Shown: in pieces, positions 12,384 to 23,198 of the stretch
Position numbering within the stretch: position 1 is the first letter of the stretch
Layout of the letters: each line of letters starts with the position of its first letter
Assembly (NCBI RefSeq): GCF_001194135.2
Contig: NC_068994.1
Coordinates: 46,398,361 to 46,436,587 of the forward strand
Direction of reading: 5' to 3'
DNA length: 38,227 bases
DNA from: Octopus bimaculoides
Taxonomy: Eukaryota
The notes under the pieces: model-generated
What the model was told of the DNA's origin: nothing
The model's input: only the letters and a program-made list of their open reading frames with translations
Databases searched by the model: none
Translations under genes and position numbers: made by a program

Positions 12384-12785
12384 AGGCACAAGCGCAGCTG
12401 TGTGGTAAGAAGCCGGCTTCCCAACCACCTGGTTCTGGGTTCAGTCCCACTGCGTGGCTCCTTGGACAAGTGTCTTCTACTGCAGCCTCGGGCCGACCAA
12501 AGCCTCGTCGGTGGATTTGGTAAACGGAAACTTAAATCATCCCGTCGTATAAATATCTATATCTATGTGTGTATCTTTGAAACCTGTGTTTGCCCACCAC
12601 CGGTTGATACTCGGTGTTGGTGTGTTTACGTCCCCGTAACTTACCGGTTCGACAAAAGACACCGATAGAATAAATACCTAGGTTTTAAGAAAATAAGTAC
12701 TGGGATCGAATCATTCGACTAAAAATTCTTCAAGGCGGTGCCCCAGCATGGCTGCAGTCTAAATGAGTGAAAGAAGTAAAAGATA
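12384..12785 (+). mobile_element. Family A SINE, full length
   Basis: Same head, core and 3' end as 6305-6734 and 27744-28124. Confidence 0.9.
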
Positions 12786-13153
12786 ACAGAACTGCAAGAA
12801 ATTACCTTCTTTTCAAAAATTTCGTCTCAGGTACACCATTGTTATACAAAGTCATCGGGTCACTGACACAGAAGGGCGAGCCGAATTAATCGCCCTGGGA
12901 CTTTTATTTTATTGACATCGGAAGGCAGGATGACTAAATCGGCCTCAGCGAGATTTGAACCCAGAACATTTAAAAGGATAGAGTTATCATACAAATGAGT
13001 CTGAGAGAGAGAGAGAGAGAGAGAGAGAGACGGAAGAAAGAAGAGAGAGATGAAGAAAGAAAGGGGGGAAAGAGAGATGTAGGAAGAAAGACCAAGTCGA
13101 CCTCAGAGAGATTTGAACTCAGGACATAAAAGGACCGAGTTAACATGCAATTT

Positions 13154-13212
<59 letters not shown>

Positions 13213-13526
13213 NNNNNNNNNNTTAGTCTTAAAGAGAGGGGAGAGAGAGAAGACGCTAAAATGCGCTGGATACGACAACACTGAAATCCCATCATTTCAT
13301 TTTAGAAATGGCACCTCGTTGCACAGCAATCTTGGTGTTACCTTCAGCATTTTCTGAAACAGCTGAGGTACTACACTGCTGTAGTGTAATTTACGAATCC
13401 GTGCAAATACTACAACGAAGGGCGATGGATGCTTGCTCTCGCCCAGAAGAAACTCAAGCGACAATACAGAATGAATAACGTTTTTGTTTACAGTAATGGT
13501 TCTCAACCAGTGTCCGTATGCAATTC

Positions 13527-13632
13527 GGTTAATTTTTCAGATTAACACCCGCACGATTCCCACTAGGGTGTTAGGGTTAGTGTTAAGTTTAGGGTTAGGT
13601 AATCGTGCGGGTGTTAATCTGAAAAAATTACC
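13527..13632. repeat. Foldback element: 32-bp inverted repeats around degenerate TTAGGG spacer
   Basis: Arms 13527-13558 and 13601-13632 are near-perfect reverse complements (core tttttcagattaacacccgcacgatt perfect); 42-bp spacer cccactagggtgttagggttagtgttaagtttagggttaggt. Confidence 0.9.
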
Positions 13633-14169
13633 AAAATTCGTGGGGGTTCGCAAGGTAAACAGTAAGTTAGGAATCCACAGTAATATAACAGGGTCCACGA
13701 AGTTTTGATTTAAATGTACTTATTGCAAAAAAAAAAAAANNNNNNNNNNNNNNNNNNNNNNNNNNNNNNNNNNNNNNNNNNNNNNNNNNNNNNNNNNNNN
13801 NNNNNNNNNNNNNNNNNNNNNNNNNNNNNNNNNNNNNNNNNNNNNNNNNNNNNNNNNNNNNNNNNNNNNNNNNNNNNNNNNNNNNNNNNNNNNNNNNNNN
13901 NNNNNNNNNNNNNNNNNNNNNNNNNNNNNNNNNNNNNNNNNNNNNNNNNNNNNNNNNNNNNNNNNNNNNNNNNNNNNNNNNNNNNNNNNNNNNNNNNNNN
14001 NNNNNNNNNNNNNNNNNNNNNNNNNNNNNNNNNNNNNNNNNNNNNNNNNNNNNNNNNNNNNNNNNNNNNNNNNNNNNNNNNNNNNNNNNNNNNNNNNNNN
14101 NNNNNNNNNNNNNNNNNNNNNNNNNNNNNNNNNNNNNNNNNNNNNNNNNNNNNGGACAAACACGCATAC

Positions 14170-14344
14170 ACATATATACGACGGGCTTCTTTCAGTTTCC
14201 GTCTACCAAATCCATTCACAAGGTTTTGGTCGGCCCGAGGTTATAGTAGAAGACACTTGCACAAGGTGTCACGCAGTGGGATTGAATCCGGAACCATGTG
14301 GTTGGTAAGCAAGCTACTTACCACACACAGCCACTCCTGCGCCT
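14170..14344 (-). mobile_element. Family A SINE, 5' half
   Basis: Reverse complement of the family A head, ending cagccactcctgcgcct. Confidence 0.9.
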
Positions 14345-14769
14345 ATAGTTTATAAACATCGAATGGTTACGGGGACCCACAGATAAAAAATGGTTGAGAA
14401 CCCTTGTTATAATAAATATGAAATTATGGGATTTCACTGTCGTCTCTTCCGGCTTCTATTGTTCGCTGCATGTTAGCCAAAGATTGTAGCTAAATGCTGT
14501 CCGATGCTCTACCAACCCAACATCCTAATTTTGTTTCCTAACACAAAATCGTATCTATAACCCTAGCTATTTTCCCTGCGGAAAACAATTTTTCATTGTT
14601 TTGTCAAAAGAGGAAGTTTAGCAGCCAAGATTCTTCATCGGAAACGCCGAGACTGGTGAGAAAGAAAGAAACAGTGTTATCTTCAGACTGGAAACCGTGT
14701 CAAGAATATTTGTAATAGAGAGCAACTAAAGGCCAGATAGTTAAAGAGGGAGAAGGGGCAGCCATATAA

Positions 14770-15078
14770 AACTGGCACTCCGTCGGTTTCGACGACGAGG
14801 GTTCTAGTTGATCTGATGAATGGAACGGCCTGCTCGTAAATAATTAACATGCAAGTGGCTGAGCACTCCACAGACATGTGTACCCTGAATGAAGTTTAAG
14901 AGAGGTTCAGCATAACACAGAATGTGACAAGGTTAGCCCTTTTGAATTACAGGTACAACTCATTTTTGCCAGTTGGGTGGACTGGAGAAACGTGAAATAA
15001 AGTGTTCTGTTCAGGGACACAACAGGTATCGAACTCACATTATGATCGTGAGCCGAATGATATACCAATAAGCCACCT
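14770..15078 (-). mobile_element. tRNA-derived SINE family G
   Basis: actggcactccgtcgg..gacgagggtt..gcaagtggctgagcactccacagac..ggactggag-aacgtgaaataaag..; matches 18645-18945. Confidence 0.8.
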
Positions 15079-15760
15079 AAGAACTCAGAACAAAGCGGAC
15101 CTTCCAAATGGCTTAACAGCGCAAGTTTCCGTCTACTGAAATCCAAAGGTCTTTACGTTCAGAGTTTAAATCTCGCCGAAGTCGACGTAGCTTTTCCCCA
15201 AGGCGTTGCATAAGTGGGATTTTAACTCGGAATGTAGACAGAGTTAAAGAATATGATAGTCAGAGCTGAAACGCATTTAATCATAGACCGCCTCGACTGG
15301 CCTGCGGTTAAACAACAGTTGACGTGTGTGTGTGTGAATGCCTACATGTATGTAGTTAAATGAATAAACGCACACAACAAAAATTCGTTAAACTACTTGG
15401 AAGAAAGGCCCAGACCCAGGCCTTACAAGGATAGACTGCTATGACCTGAAGTAAAACTAAGAACAATATTCAATTTGAAACCTTGACCTCCACAACACAA
15501 ACATTTTACAAAAACATTTTTTTTTTTACTGCTTTGGAATGAAAAAGAAACAGCAGTGGTCATAACTGCTAACCCTAACCCTAACCCTTTGTTTAATTAA
15601 CTCCACAAAGTTGAATCTCGAGACGCACGGAACCGGAACAAATGCCGCCAGCCATTAAGGCGTTAAATTACGTCCTGTTCTTCAACGACTCCGCCAGTTT
15701 AATGTCACACACGGTCAGTGGCCAATATACAACTGAAGAATAGACAATAGAAAAGCACAC

Positions 15761-15996
15761 GGGCATATGGCGTAGTGGTTACGAGCGCGGGCTACTAACC
15801 CCAAGATTCCGAGTTCGATTCCAAGCAGTGACTTGAACAATAATAATAATAATAACAACATCGAAGAATACCTTAGGAATGAGAACCCAGGTTCGAAATT
15901 TCCCCAAGACACCTGAAGAAGGCTGGAAGGTATATCAGCCGAAACGTTGTGTTAACAAACAAGATGAGGACAAATACCCGTCGAATGTAAATAATG
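15761..15996 (+). mobile_element. tRNA-headed SINE carrying a hammerhead ribozyme, with 11-bp TSD
   Basis: A-box TGGCGTAGTGG (15768-15778), B-box GTTCGATTC (15813-15821), (AAT)n linker, hammerhead at 15908-15953; direct repeat AATAGAAAAGC at 15746-15756 and 15997-16007. Confidence 0.8.
15908..15953 (+). ncRNA. Minimal type-I hammerhead ribozyme (dimer-type), core intact
   Basis: Stem I GACAC/GTGTT; CTGAAGA (15913-15919); extra A; stem II GGCTG/CAGCC; GAAAC; palindromic stem III AACGTT; predicted GUU cleavage after 15948. Activity not demonstrated. Confidence 0.7.
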
Positions 15997-16954
15997 AATA
16001 GAAAAGCTGTCGCCTAAATTCCCCAAGATATGAAATGTCAACCGGAGACATAGCAATACGAGGTCTTTACGCTTAACGAGACTGAAGAATTGTGGTTCTG
16101 AAGTTCCTACCTTCAAGAATAACTTGAGTTGCAAGCACGTCCAGATAGTTCTGATATTGTGATAATTTGTGTAGAGGCACCGGTCGATCGGACACCACAC
16201 ACACACACACAAACACAAGAGTAGCCAGTCACAGTTGTTTAGCTCCTAAGCGGCTTTGAGAACAGGCCTACGAATCTACTAACAAATCGTTCCAGTCGTT
16301 GTCTAGTTTTAACTACAAAATTCAATGAAGTCTTCTACATATGCTTGCTTTCACATCATTTCCATGTCATATAAATATAAAGAAATCATGGGATTTCATA
16401 GCCGTCACCTCTGGTTTCCATTGCAGTTTGCTGCATGTTAACCAAGAACTGTAGCTATTTTCAGTAGGCCAAGCCGCCACATGGGGTCAGACTTAGACAA
16501 ACTTAAGGTTTATTTAATTTAAGTCAGTTCTTATCCCGTAGACTTATGATCAAAAGTGTTCCTGTCACGATCATAGTGATCGTCCTTGTCATCGGTTTTA
16601 CGCCCTTTTTTCCTATGTTGGTTTGCCTTGGATGAAATTCGTAGAAGCAGATAGATTTTCTACATCTAGATGCTCTTCCTGTCCCCAAACTTACACCGTT
16701 TTTCAAATAAGGTGTGTATTTTCATTCCACCGGTCCCCCACACGTCCAAAGAGGCGAAATGGCTGAAACTACGGGACGTCTGCTTGCATGAAAATACAGT
16801 ATCTAATGTGTCCTTCCTGTATTTAAGACGATGGGGAGAAGGAATTTCATTAACGATTTGGCTTCTATTTCTAGCAGGTTGAGCGACCACAGAGCAAGAG
16901 CACGGAATTCCCTGTCCGTTGGTAAACTCTTCAATAATCTTGCATGAATAATGA

Positions 16955-17135
16955 TTTCAAATTTTGGTACAGGGTCAACAATTTTAGTGGGAGGCGATAG
17001 TGGATCACATCAACTCCAGTTCCCAACGGATCCTTATTTTATCGACCTCAGAAGGGTGAAAAATAAAGTTGGCCTCGGGCGGCGTTTGAATTAAAAAAAC
17101 CTAAAGCGACGGAAGAACTGCCACTAAGCATGTTT
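16955..17135 (-). mobile_element. Family B SINE, degenerate
   Basis: gatttcaaattttggtacaggg..atcgacctcagaagggtgaaaaataaagttggcctcgg..gccactaagcat. Confidence 0.7.
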
Positions 17136-17139
17136 GCCT

Positions 17140-17390
17140 TAAAAGCCGACACTTACCGGTTCTCTTCTGCCGAACGGCTAAATTACAGGGACGTAAACAA
17201 ACCAACATGTCAAACAGTGAAAGACATGCGTGTGCGCCTCCACACATATTCCGTCAACCAAATTCACTCACAAGGCATTGTCGGCCCGGGGCTATAGTAG
17301 AAGACACTTGCCCAATTCGCCGCACACTGGGACTGAACCTGAAACCACATGGTTGCAAAGAGACCTGCTTGACCACACAGCCATATATAT
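17140..17390 (-). mobile_element. Family A SINE, partial
   Basis: aaattcactcacaaggc..gtcggcccggggctatagtagaagacacttgccca..gggactgaacc..cacacagcc. Confidence 0.8.
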
Positions 17391-18644
17391 CTTCCGCTGG
17401 TGTGGGGAAAAAGATTAACAGCAGATCACAAATATCCCTGAATCTCAAAGGTTTTTTCTTTATTCGTTGCAACGATAAAGTGACACCAGTTGTCGCAGCT
17501 GTTTAACCCACGGCCCATCTTGACCCAACACGCCTATGGTAAAAAAAGCATCCCAGCCGTGACCATTCCGCCCTTTTCATTGTACAGTGAACCCAAGACC
17601 ACATTATTCATAATGTCCATTTTTCCCTTCAGACGATCGAGCGATAAGGTTTCAGGAAGATTTGACTGCTAATTCTAGCAGGTCGAGCAAACACATAGGG
17701 ATTCTCTCGTAAGTGAACGGTAGCAATAATAGAGAGAAGGGGGTGCAGTGCGGTGCATTAAGTAGCTAACCCATTCAACAGGTTGCTGATAGACAAGCTG
17801 GAGTAGTAGTTAGTAGCAATGAGGTGGTGGTGGTGGTGGTGACACAATAATGGTAAAGGCGGTGGAGCTGGTGGTAGTGATGGTAATAATAGCGGTGAGG
17901 ATAGTTATGGGTAGAGGTGGTCCCGGTGTTGATAGGGGGCCAGGCTAGTGGTGATGGCGGCGGTGTATGTGGTGACAATTGCAGTTTCGTTGCTCATGCA
18001 GCTTAGCAGAAGGTGGTTGGAGAGGAGTGTTGATAGTGGCCATTGCTGTTTGTTGTTAGGTGGGATAGTGGTGGCGGTGGCGGTGGCGGTAGCTGTAGAA
18101 TGGAGGGTGGCGGTGGCGGTGGTGATGGTTGCATGCAGGCAGAGGCTGAAGGAGATGACGGTGGAGTTTTTAGCAAGCCAAACCTACTGTTCCTTTGCAG
18201 GGTCCACAAGGGACAAAAACTAGTTTACACAACCTAGTCTATCGTTCTCTCATTTTAAAAACGACGAGGTGCAATTTGAGATCAATTTTACCAATATTTC
18301 CAGCATCTCCACTAACAATGTTAATCAGGGGTTCTAAACTAGGGGCCCATTATAAAATTTTTAGGGGTATACAGAAACAAAATAGTAATAATGAATTCCA
18401 GTAAAAGTTGGAAAGGTAACCCTGCAACAGACCGGCGTCCCATTCAAGTGGGGAGGGATGTAATCTCAGTAACTTATACGTCCTGGAAACGAGGTAAAGG
18501 GCTTATTAGTTCTGGGGCTCATGATAGACATTAGTCTTGTTGCCACAAAATCATGGAGTAAACTCACCAACTCTATGGTCCATGCCTATGAATTGTGTGC
18601 CTACTTTATGGTTGCTAACCCCCCACCCAGCAAAAAAAATGACA

Positions 18645-18945
18645 CTGTTACGATGACGAGGGTTTCAGTTGATTGTGATCAACAGAACAGCCTGCTCATG
18701 AAATTAACATTAAGTGACTGAGTATTCCACAGACATGTGTATCCTTAACGTAGTTCTCAGGGAGATTCAGTGTGACAGAGTGCGACAAGTCTGGCCCTTC
18801 GAAATACAGGTACAACTCACTTTCGTCAGCTGAGTGGACTGGAGCAACATGAAATGAAGAGTCTTGCTCAAGGACACAACGCGCTGCCAGGTATTGAACT
18901 CATGACCTTATGACTGTGAGCCAAATACCATAACAACTTGGCCAC
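18645..18945 (-). mobile_element. Family G SINE
   Basis: Matches 14770-15078 (gacgagggtt-cagttgat, ccacagacatgtgta-cc, ggactggagcaac-tgaaat). Confidence 0.8.
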
Positions 18946-19338
18946 GTACCCTCACTTTATGGTTGCTATTCACAGCAACACAGGTAGGACCCTTTTCAAA
19001 CTTAAGGACCTGTGCAATGTGACACAGTGACGCTGACAAGATGCAAACCCACCCACCACCTTCCTTCCAAAGGCACATTAATCTATTCGTTTAGTCTAAC
19101 CCATGCCAGCATGGAACATGGATGTTAAATGACGACGATGACAGTGGCGATGATGATGATGATGGTGATGCGTACTTTATTTCTTCAATCAGCCATGCAC
19201 CCAGCTCATAATACCCTACATCTTATGAAACACCCCTATCACCTGGGGAAAAAAAAAAAAAAAATGAATAAAAAAAACAAACAAACTAACAATGAAATTT
19301 CTGTCTACTCAACCTGCCAGAAACAGCAATACAAACAC

Positions 19339-19422
19339 ACACATAGAGGCACACACGCGTACACATAGAGGCACACACGCGTACACATAGAGGCACACAC
19401 GCGTACACATAGAGGCACACAC
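19339..19422. repeat. 22-bp minisatellite, ~3.8 copies
   Basis: Unit acacatagaggcacacacgcgt at 19339, 19361, 19383 and partial 19405. Confidence 0.95.
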
Positions 19423-19559
19423 ATAGCAGTTATTTATAATTACTAATAAAAAGGTATAATTAGGTTTGTAATGGTTATTTTCATATGTTGGCGCCTTATG
19501 AATTTTAACTCGTCAAACAACACCTCTACCAATTTCAGCAGTAACATAAAAGAACACAC

Positions 19560-19716
19560 ACATACATACATATATATATGTGTGCGTGTATATATATACA
19601 TATATATATGTATGTATATGTATATATATATATATATGAATATATGTATATATAAATATGTATATACATATGTATATGTGTGTATGTATATATGTATATA
19701 CATATGTATATGTGTG

Positions 19717-19779
<63 letters not shown>
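19560..19779. repeat. Compound (TA)n/(TATG)n microsatellite
   Basis: Explains the stacked YIYI ORFs at 19443-19904. Confidence 0.95.
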
Positions 19780-19781
<2 letters not shown>

Positions 19782-20344
19782 TCCAATGAAAGTAGCATTG
19801 ACCTAATAAAAATAACAGCTGAATCCCCACCGAATCAACTTAAAACAAGAGGGGGTGGTACTGGGGGGGGGGAGGAGGAGAGAACGAAAGCAGGACACCA
19901 ATAGATTTAGGATTTCATTATCTGAAAAAGTGCTTCTCAAAATCTTTTTTAACTACTTTTCCCATTGCTTTTTTTACAAATAGTTTTATCAATGCCTTCT
20001 TGCTATGATTCAGCAAAATTTAATTGACTACATAATACACATCCCACCACGTATATATGCATGCATGGATGTATGTAGACAGAAATCAGGGCGTTGCTTA
20101 ATGCAACAAGATGCAGCGCTTGTATTTATCTGACAATGTTGTTAAAACTATATTTTTGTTTGTTACTTATAATCTACATGTGGGGGTGGGGGTGATTATC
20201 ATTGTTATTTATGTGTGTGTCCCCTTAATTTTTTTCTTTTTTCAGTTATTAGACTGCAGCTGAAACCACTAAGTTACAAGGATGTAAACACACCAACACC
20301 TGTTGTCAAGCGATGGTGGTGGAGGGACACAGACACATACATAC

Positions 20345-20596
20345 ACACGGCACATAAAATACACCATTTTGAGCGTGGCCGTTGCCAGTACCGCCTGACA
20401 CTGGCCTTCGTGCCGGTGACACGTAAAAGCACCCACTACACTCTTGGAGTGGTTGGTGTTAGGAAGGGCATCCAGCTGTAGAAACTCTGCCAAATCAGAT
20501 TGGAGCCTGGAGTAGCCATCTGGCTTCACCAGTCCTCAGTCAAATCGTCCAACCCATGTTAACATGGAAAGCGGACGTTAAACGATGATGATGATA
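20345..20596 (+). mobile_element. Family C SINE with (GAT)n tail
   Basis: ..aggaagggcatccagctgtagaaac..ccaacccatg..catggaaagcggacgttaaacgatgatgatg. Confidence 0.85.
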
Positions 20597-20624
20597 TATA
20601 TATATCTATAAATATAAATATATA

Positions 20625-20940
20625 TAAAATTGTGTGCTTTTCTGAGTATATTCCACTGATGAGGCAAAGTATTTCTTATGCAGAGCCAGAAATCCGGGAT
20701 CTGGAATTATCCAGTAATTTTTGCTAGTTTATTTTGTCTCTTCGTTTTCTCTCCTGGTGCTATATGAACATTTATTGTGGTTTTAGAGTCAAGCTTTGAC
20801 TGCTATTTTCAGCGTGGTGGTATCTCCTAGATACCCTAAATTATAATTTTAAATAATTATTACCTTTGATGGTTTTTATTCCCATGCTGGCCACTTGATA
20901 AAATCAATATTTAAATATTGATCTTGTCCTTATTTATATA
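20625..20940 (+). mobile_element. Hammerhead-bearing ~320-bp repeat (retrozyme / Penelope-like terminal-repeat derivative)
   Basis: Flanked by TA-rich runs; hammerhead at 20650-20707; 20730-20925 matches the reverse complement of 37031-37215 at high identity by eye. Confidence 0.65.
20650..20707 (+). ncRNA. Type-I hammerhead ribozyme
   Basis: Stem I ATTCCA/TGGAAT (6 bp); CTGATGA (20656-20662); stem II GGC/GCC with 19-nt loop; extra A; GAAA (20689-20692); stem III ATCC-G-GGAT near-palindrome; predicted AUC cleavage after 20701. Confidence 0.7.
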
Positions 20941-21058
20941 TATAAATATATAGATATAGTCAATCCAAACATGAACAAGCAAGAAAAAACAACAATGCGA
21001 GGACGTGGAATAAGTACAGTGTTATTGGACGCTCAGAAAAGGAAAGAAAAGAAAGAGG

Positions 21059-21093
21059 ATTTCACGTTTCGAGCAGAGCTCTTCTTCAGAAAT
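21059..21093 (-). ncRNA. Minimal type-I hammerhead motif with non-cleavable triplet (GUG)
   Basis: Minus strand ATTT-CTGAAGA-A-GAGC-TCT-GCTC-GAAAC-GT-G-AAAT; same architecture as 15908-15953 but position 17 is G. Confidence 0.6.
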
Positions 21094-21184
21094 ATAGAAA
21101 AAGTCCAAAGAAGGGAAGACGGAGAAAGAAAATCACCAACGATACACACACGGTCACATATTTGGTGGGGAATCAGCTGTTATA

Positions 21185-21330
21185 TATGACAGGCTTCTTT
21201 CAGTTTCTGTCTACCAAATCCACTAACAAAGATTTGGTTGGTCCCGAGGTTATAGTAGAAGACGCTTGCCCAAGGTGCCGGAAGTGTGTGGTTAGGAAGC
21301 AGCCTTTTTGCCACACAACCACTTATGCGC
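21185..21330 (-). mobile_element. Family A SINE, 5' part
   Basis: gacaggcttctttcagtttctgtctaccaaatccac..cccgaggttatagtagaagac-cttgcccaaggtgcc. Confidence 0.85.
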
Positions 21331-21713
21331 AGTTCAGTTTAGTTTATTTAATTCACATTTCAAAGTCTATTATTACTGACATTACTGTTGTTGTTATTGT
21401 TACTGTTGTTGTGATTGTGGTTAACAAGCAGTTTATCATAATATTTACATTTATTTATTTATTCAGATTTTTTTTCTTTTTTTTTTTGCAAAGTAGATAT
21501 TTAAATAGGAACTAAAAACACTAAATAAAATCATACAGTTGCATCTAATAATCTGTTCTTATTTCTTTATTGCCCACAAGGGGCTAAACACAGAGGGGAC
21601 AAACAAGGACCTGTTGATATATGCATCTTTTCAAAGCTGTTGTAATTTGCATGCGTCAGAAGGGCATGTTTGGAAAATGCAGAGCGAAGTGCACTGGTGT
21701 AGTTATTGAGCGT

Positions 21714-22035
21714 CATCATCATCATCATAATCATTTAATGTCCACCTTCCCTGCTGGCATGGGTTGGACGGTTTGACAAGTGCCAGCCAGGTAGAAGACT
21801 GCACCAAACTTGTGTGTCTGTTTTGGCAGGGTTTTTATGACTGGATGCCCTACCTAACACCAACCACCCTGCAGAGTGGACTGAGTGCTTTTTACATGGC
21901 ACCAGCACAGACGAGGTCAGTTTTGGCACAGTTTTTTTTTTTGCAGAGCTGGATGCCCTTCCAAATGCCAACCACTTTACAGATGCTTTCTACATGGCAC
22001 CAACACTGGCAAGGTCACCAAGTAACTTGCAAGAC
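21714..22035 (-). mobile_element. Family C SINE
   Basis: catcatc..tttaatgtccacc..gctggcatgggttggacgg..ctggatgccct; internal segment duplicated. Confidence 0.8.
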
Positions 22036-22540
22036 AAGAAAGTTTTGAGAGAGGAGGGGGTAAGGGTCAGTGCACATGGCCCTTGCAGGACCTGCCACCT
22101 ACCCCAGCTGAGCAATAAGGCCGATGTAATCAACCAGTCCTTTCCCCNNNNNNNNNNNNNNNNNNNNNNNNNNNNNNNNNNNNNNNNNNNNNNNNNNNNN
22201 NNNNNNNNNNNNNNNNNNNNNNNNNNNNNNNNNNNNNNNNNNNNNNNNNNNNNNNNNNNNNNNNNNNNNNNNNNNNNNNNNNNNNNNNNNNNNNNNNNNN
22301 NNNNNNNNNNNNNNNNNNNNNNNNNNNNNNNNNNNNNNNNNNNNNNNNNNNNNNNNNNNNNNNNNNNNNNNNNNNNNNNNNNNNNNNNNNNNNNNNNNNN
22401 NNNNNNNNNNNNNNNNNNNNNNNNNNNNNNNNNNNNNNNNNNNNNNNNNNNNNNNNNNNNNNNNNNNNNNNNNNNNNNNNNNNNNNNNNNNNNNNNNNNN
22501 NNNNNNNNNNNNNNNNNNNNNNNNNNNNNNNNNNNNNNNN

Positions 22541-22770
22541 TGGCACTTGGGGGTCTATATAAGATTCTGTTGTTAAAATTTATGTGCAATAAATTGGTTA
22601 TATTTCTACAATACATAAAATATTTTAACAATATTTTTATACAATCCGTAACAATATTTAATTATAAAAATAGAACAGGATTTTTAAAAATGTCAAATGG
22701 CTATGAGGGTCCATCTAAATAAAATAGGAATCAAAGGAGACCATAACTAAAAAATGGTTGAGAACCACTG
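22541..22770. mobile_element. hAT-type MITE, right part (left end in gap)
   Basis: Ends aaaaaatggttgagaaccactg; gggggtc/gggtcc subterminal motifs as in 13494-14406. Confidence 0.7.
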
Positions 22771-22868
22771 CTGAAGCCCTACTACACTGAGAAACATCCT
22801 AACTGTTTAAAAGAAAGAAAGAATTGAGCATGACTAGAGTGACATGTCCAAAAAATATTATACGCAGT

Positions 22869-23198
22869 GTTCCATAATGCCCTCATAGTACAGAGGGTTC
22901 CATAATGCCCTCAAATGTCCAGAGGGTTCCATAATGTCCTCATAGTACAGAGGGTTCCATAATGCCCTCATAGTATACAGAGGGTTCCATAATGCTCTCA
23001 TAGTCCAGAGGGTTTCATAATGCCCTCATAGTACAGAGGGTTCCATAATGCCTTCAAATGTCCAGAGGGTTCCATAATGCCCTCACATGTCCAGTGGGTT
23101 CCATAATGCCCTCAAATGTCCAGTGGGTTCCATAATGCCCTCAAATGTCCAGTGGGTTCCATAATGCCCTCATAGTCCAGAGGGTTCCATAATGCCCT
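22869..23198. repeat. 28-30-bp minisatellite, 12 units
   Basis: Unit gttccataatgccctca-(tagta/tagtc/aatgtc)-cag(a/t)gg repeated 12 times. Confidence 0.95.

Larger units (their letters stand above)
13494..14406. mobile_element. hAT-type MITE (CAGTGGTTCTCAACC-type TIRs) with nested insertions and an N gap
   Basis: Left end taatggttctcaacc, right end ggttgagaacccttg; right half resembles 22541-22770. Contains a foldback insert (13527-13632), a gap (13740-14154) and a family A SINE (14170-14344). No TSD match seen. Confidence 0.65.

Noticed and set aside
12790-14660. Other minus-strand splice-like segments (12796-12856, 13346-13417, acceptor at 14655)
   Set aside because: Phase-incompatible, early stops, or splice sites supplied by repeats; no support beyond motif match.
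15569-15588. (TAACCC)3 as a telomere-healing or fusion site
   Set aside because: Only three units; indistinguishable from a chance short repeat.
15761-15833. Functional tRNA gene (also 5589-5660 and the fragment at 10525-10545)
   Set aside because: A/B boxes are present but the acceptor stem does not pair; these are SINE heads or fragments.
22869-23198. CRISPR-like array
   Set aside because: Eukaryotic context; linkers are 11-13 bp and near-identical rather than unique spacers; no cas genes.
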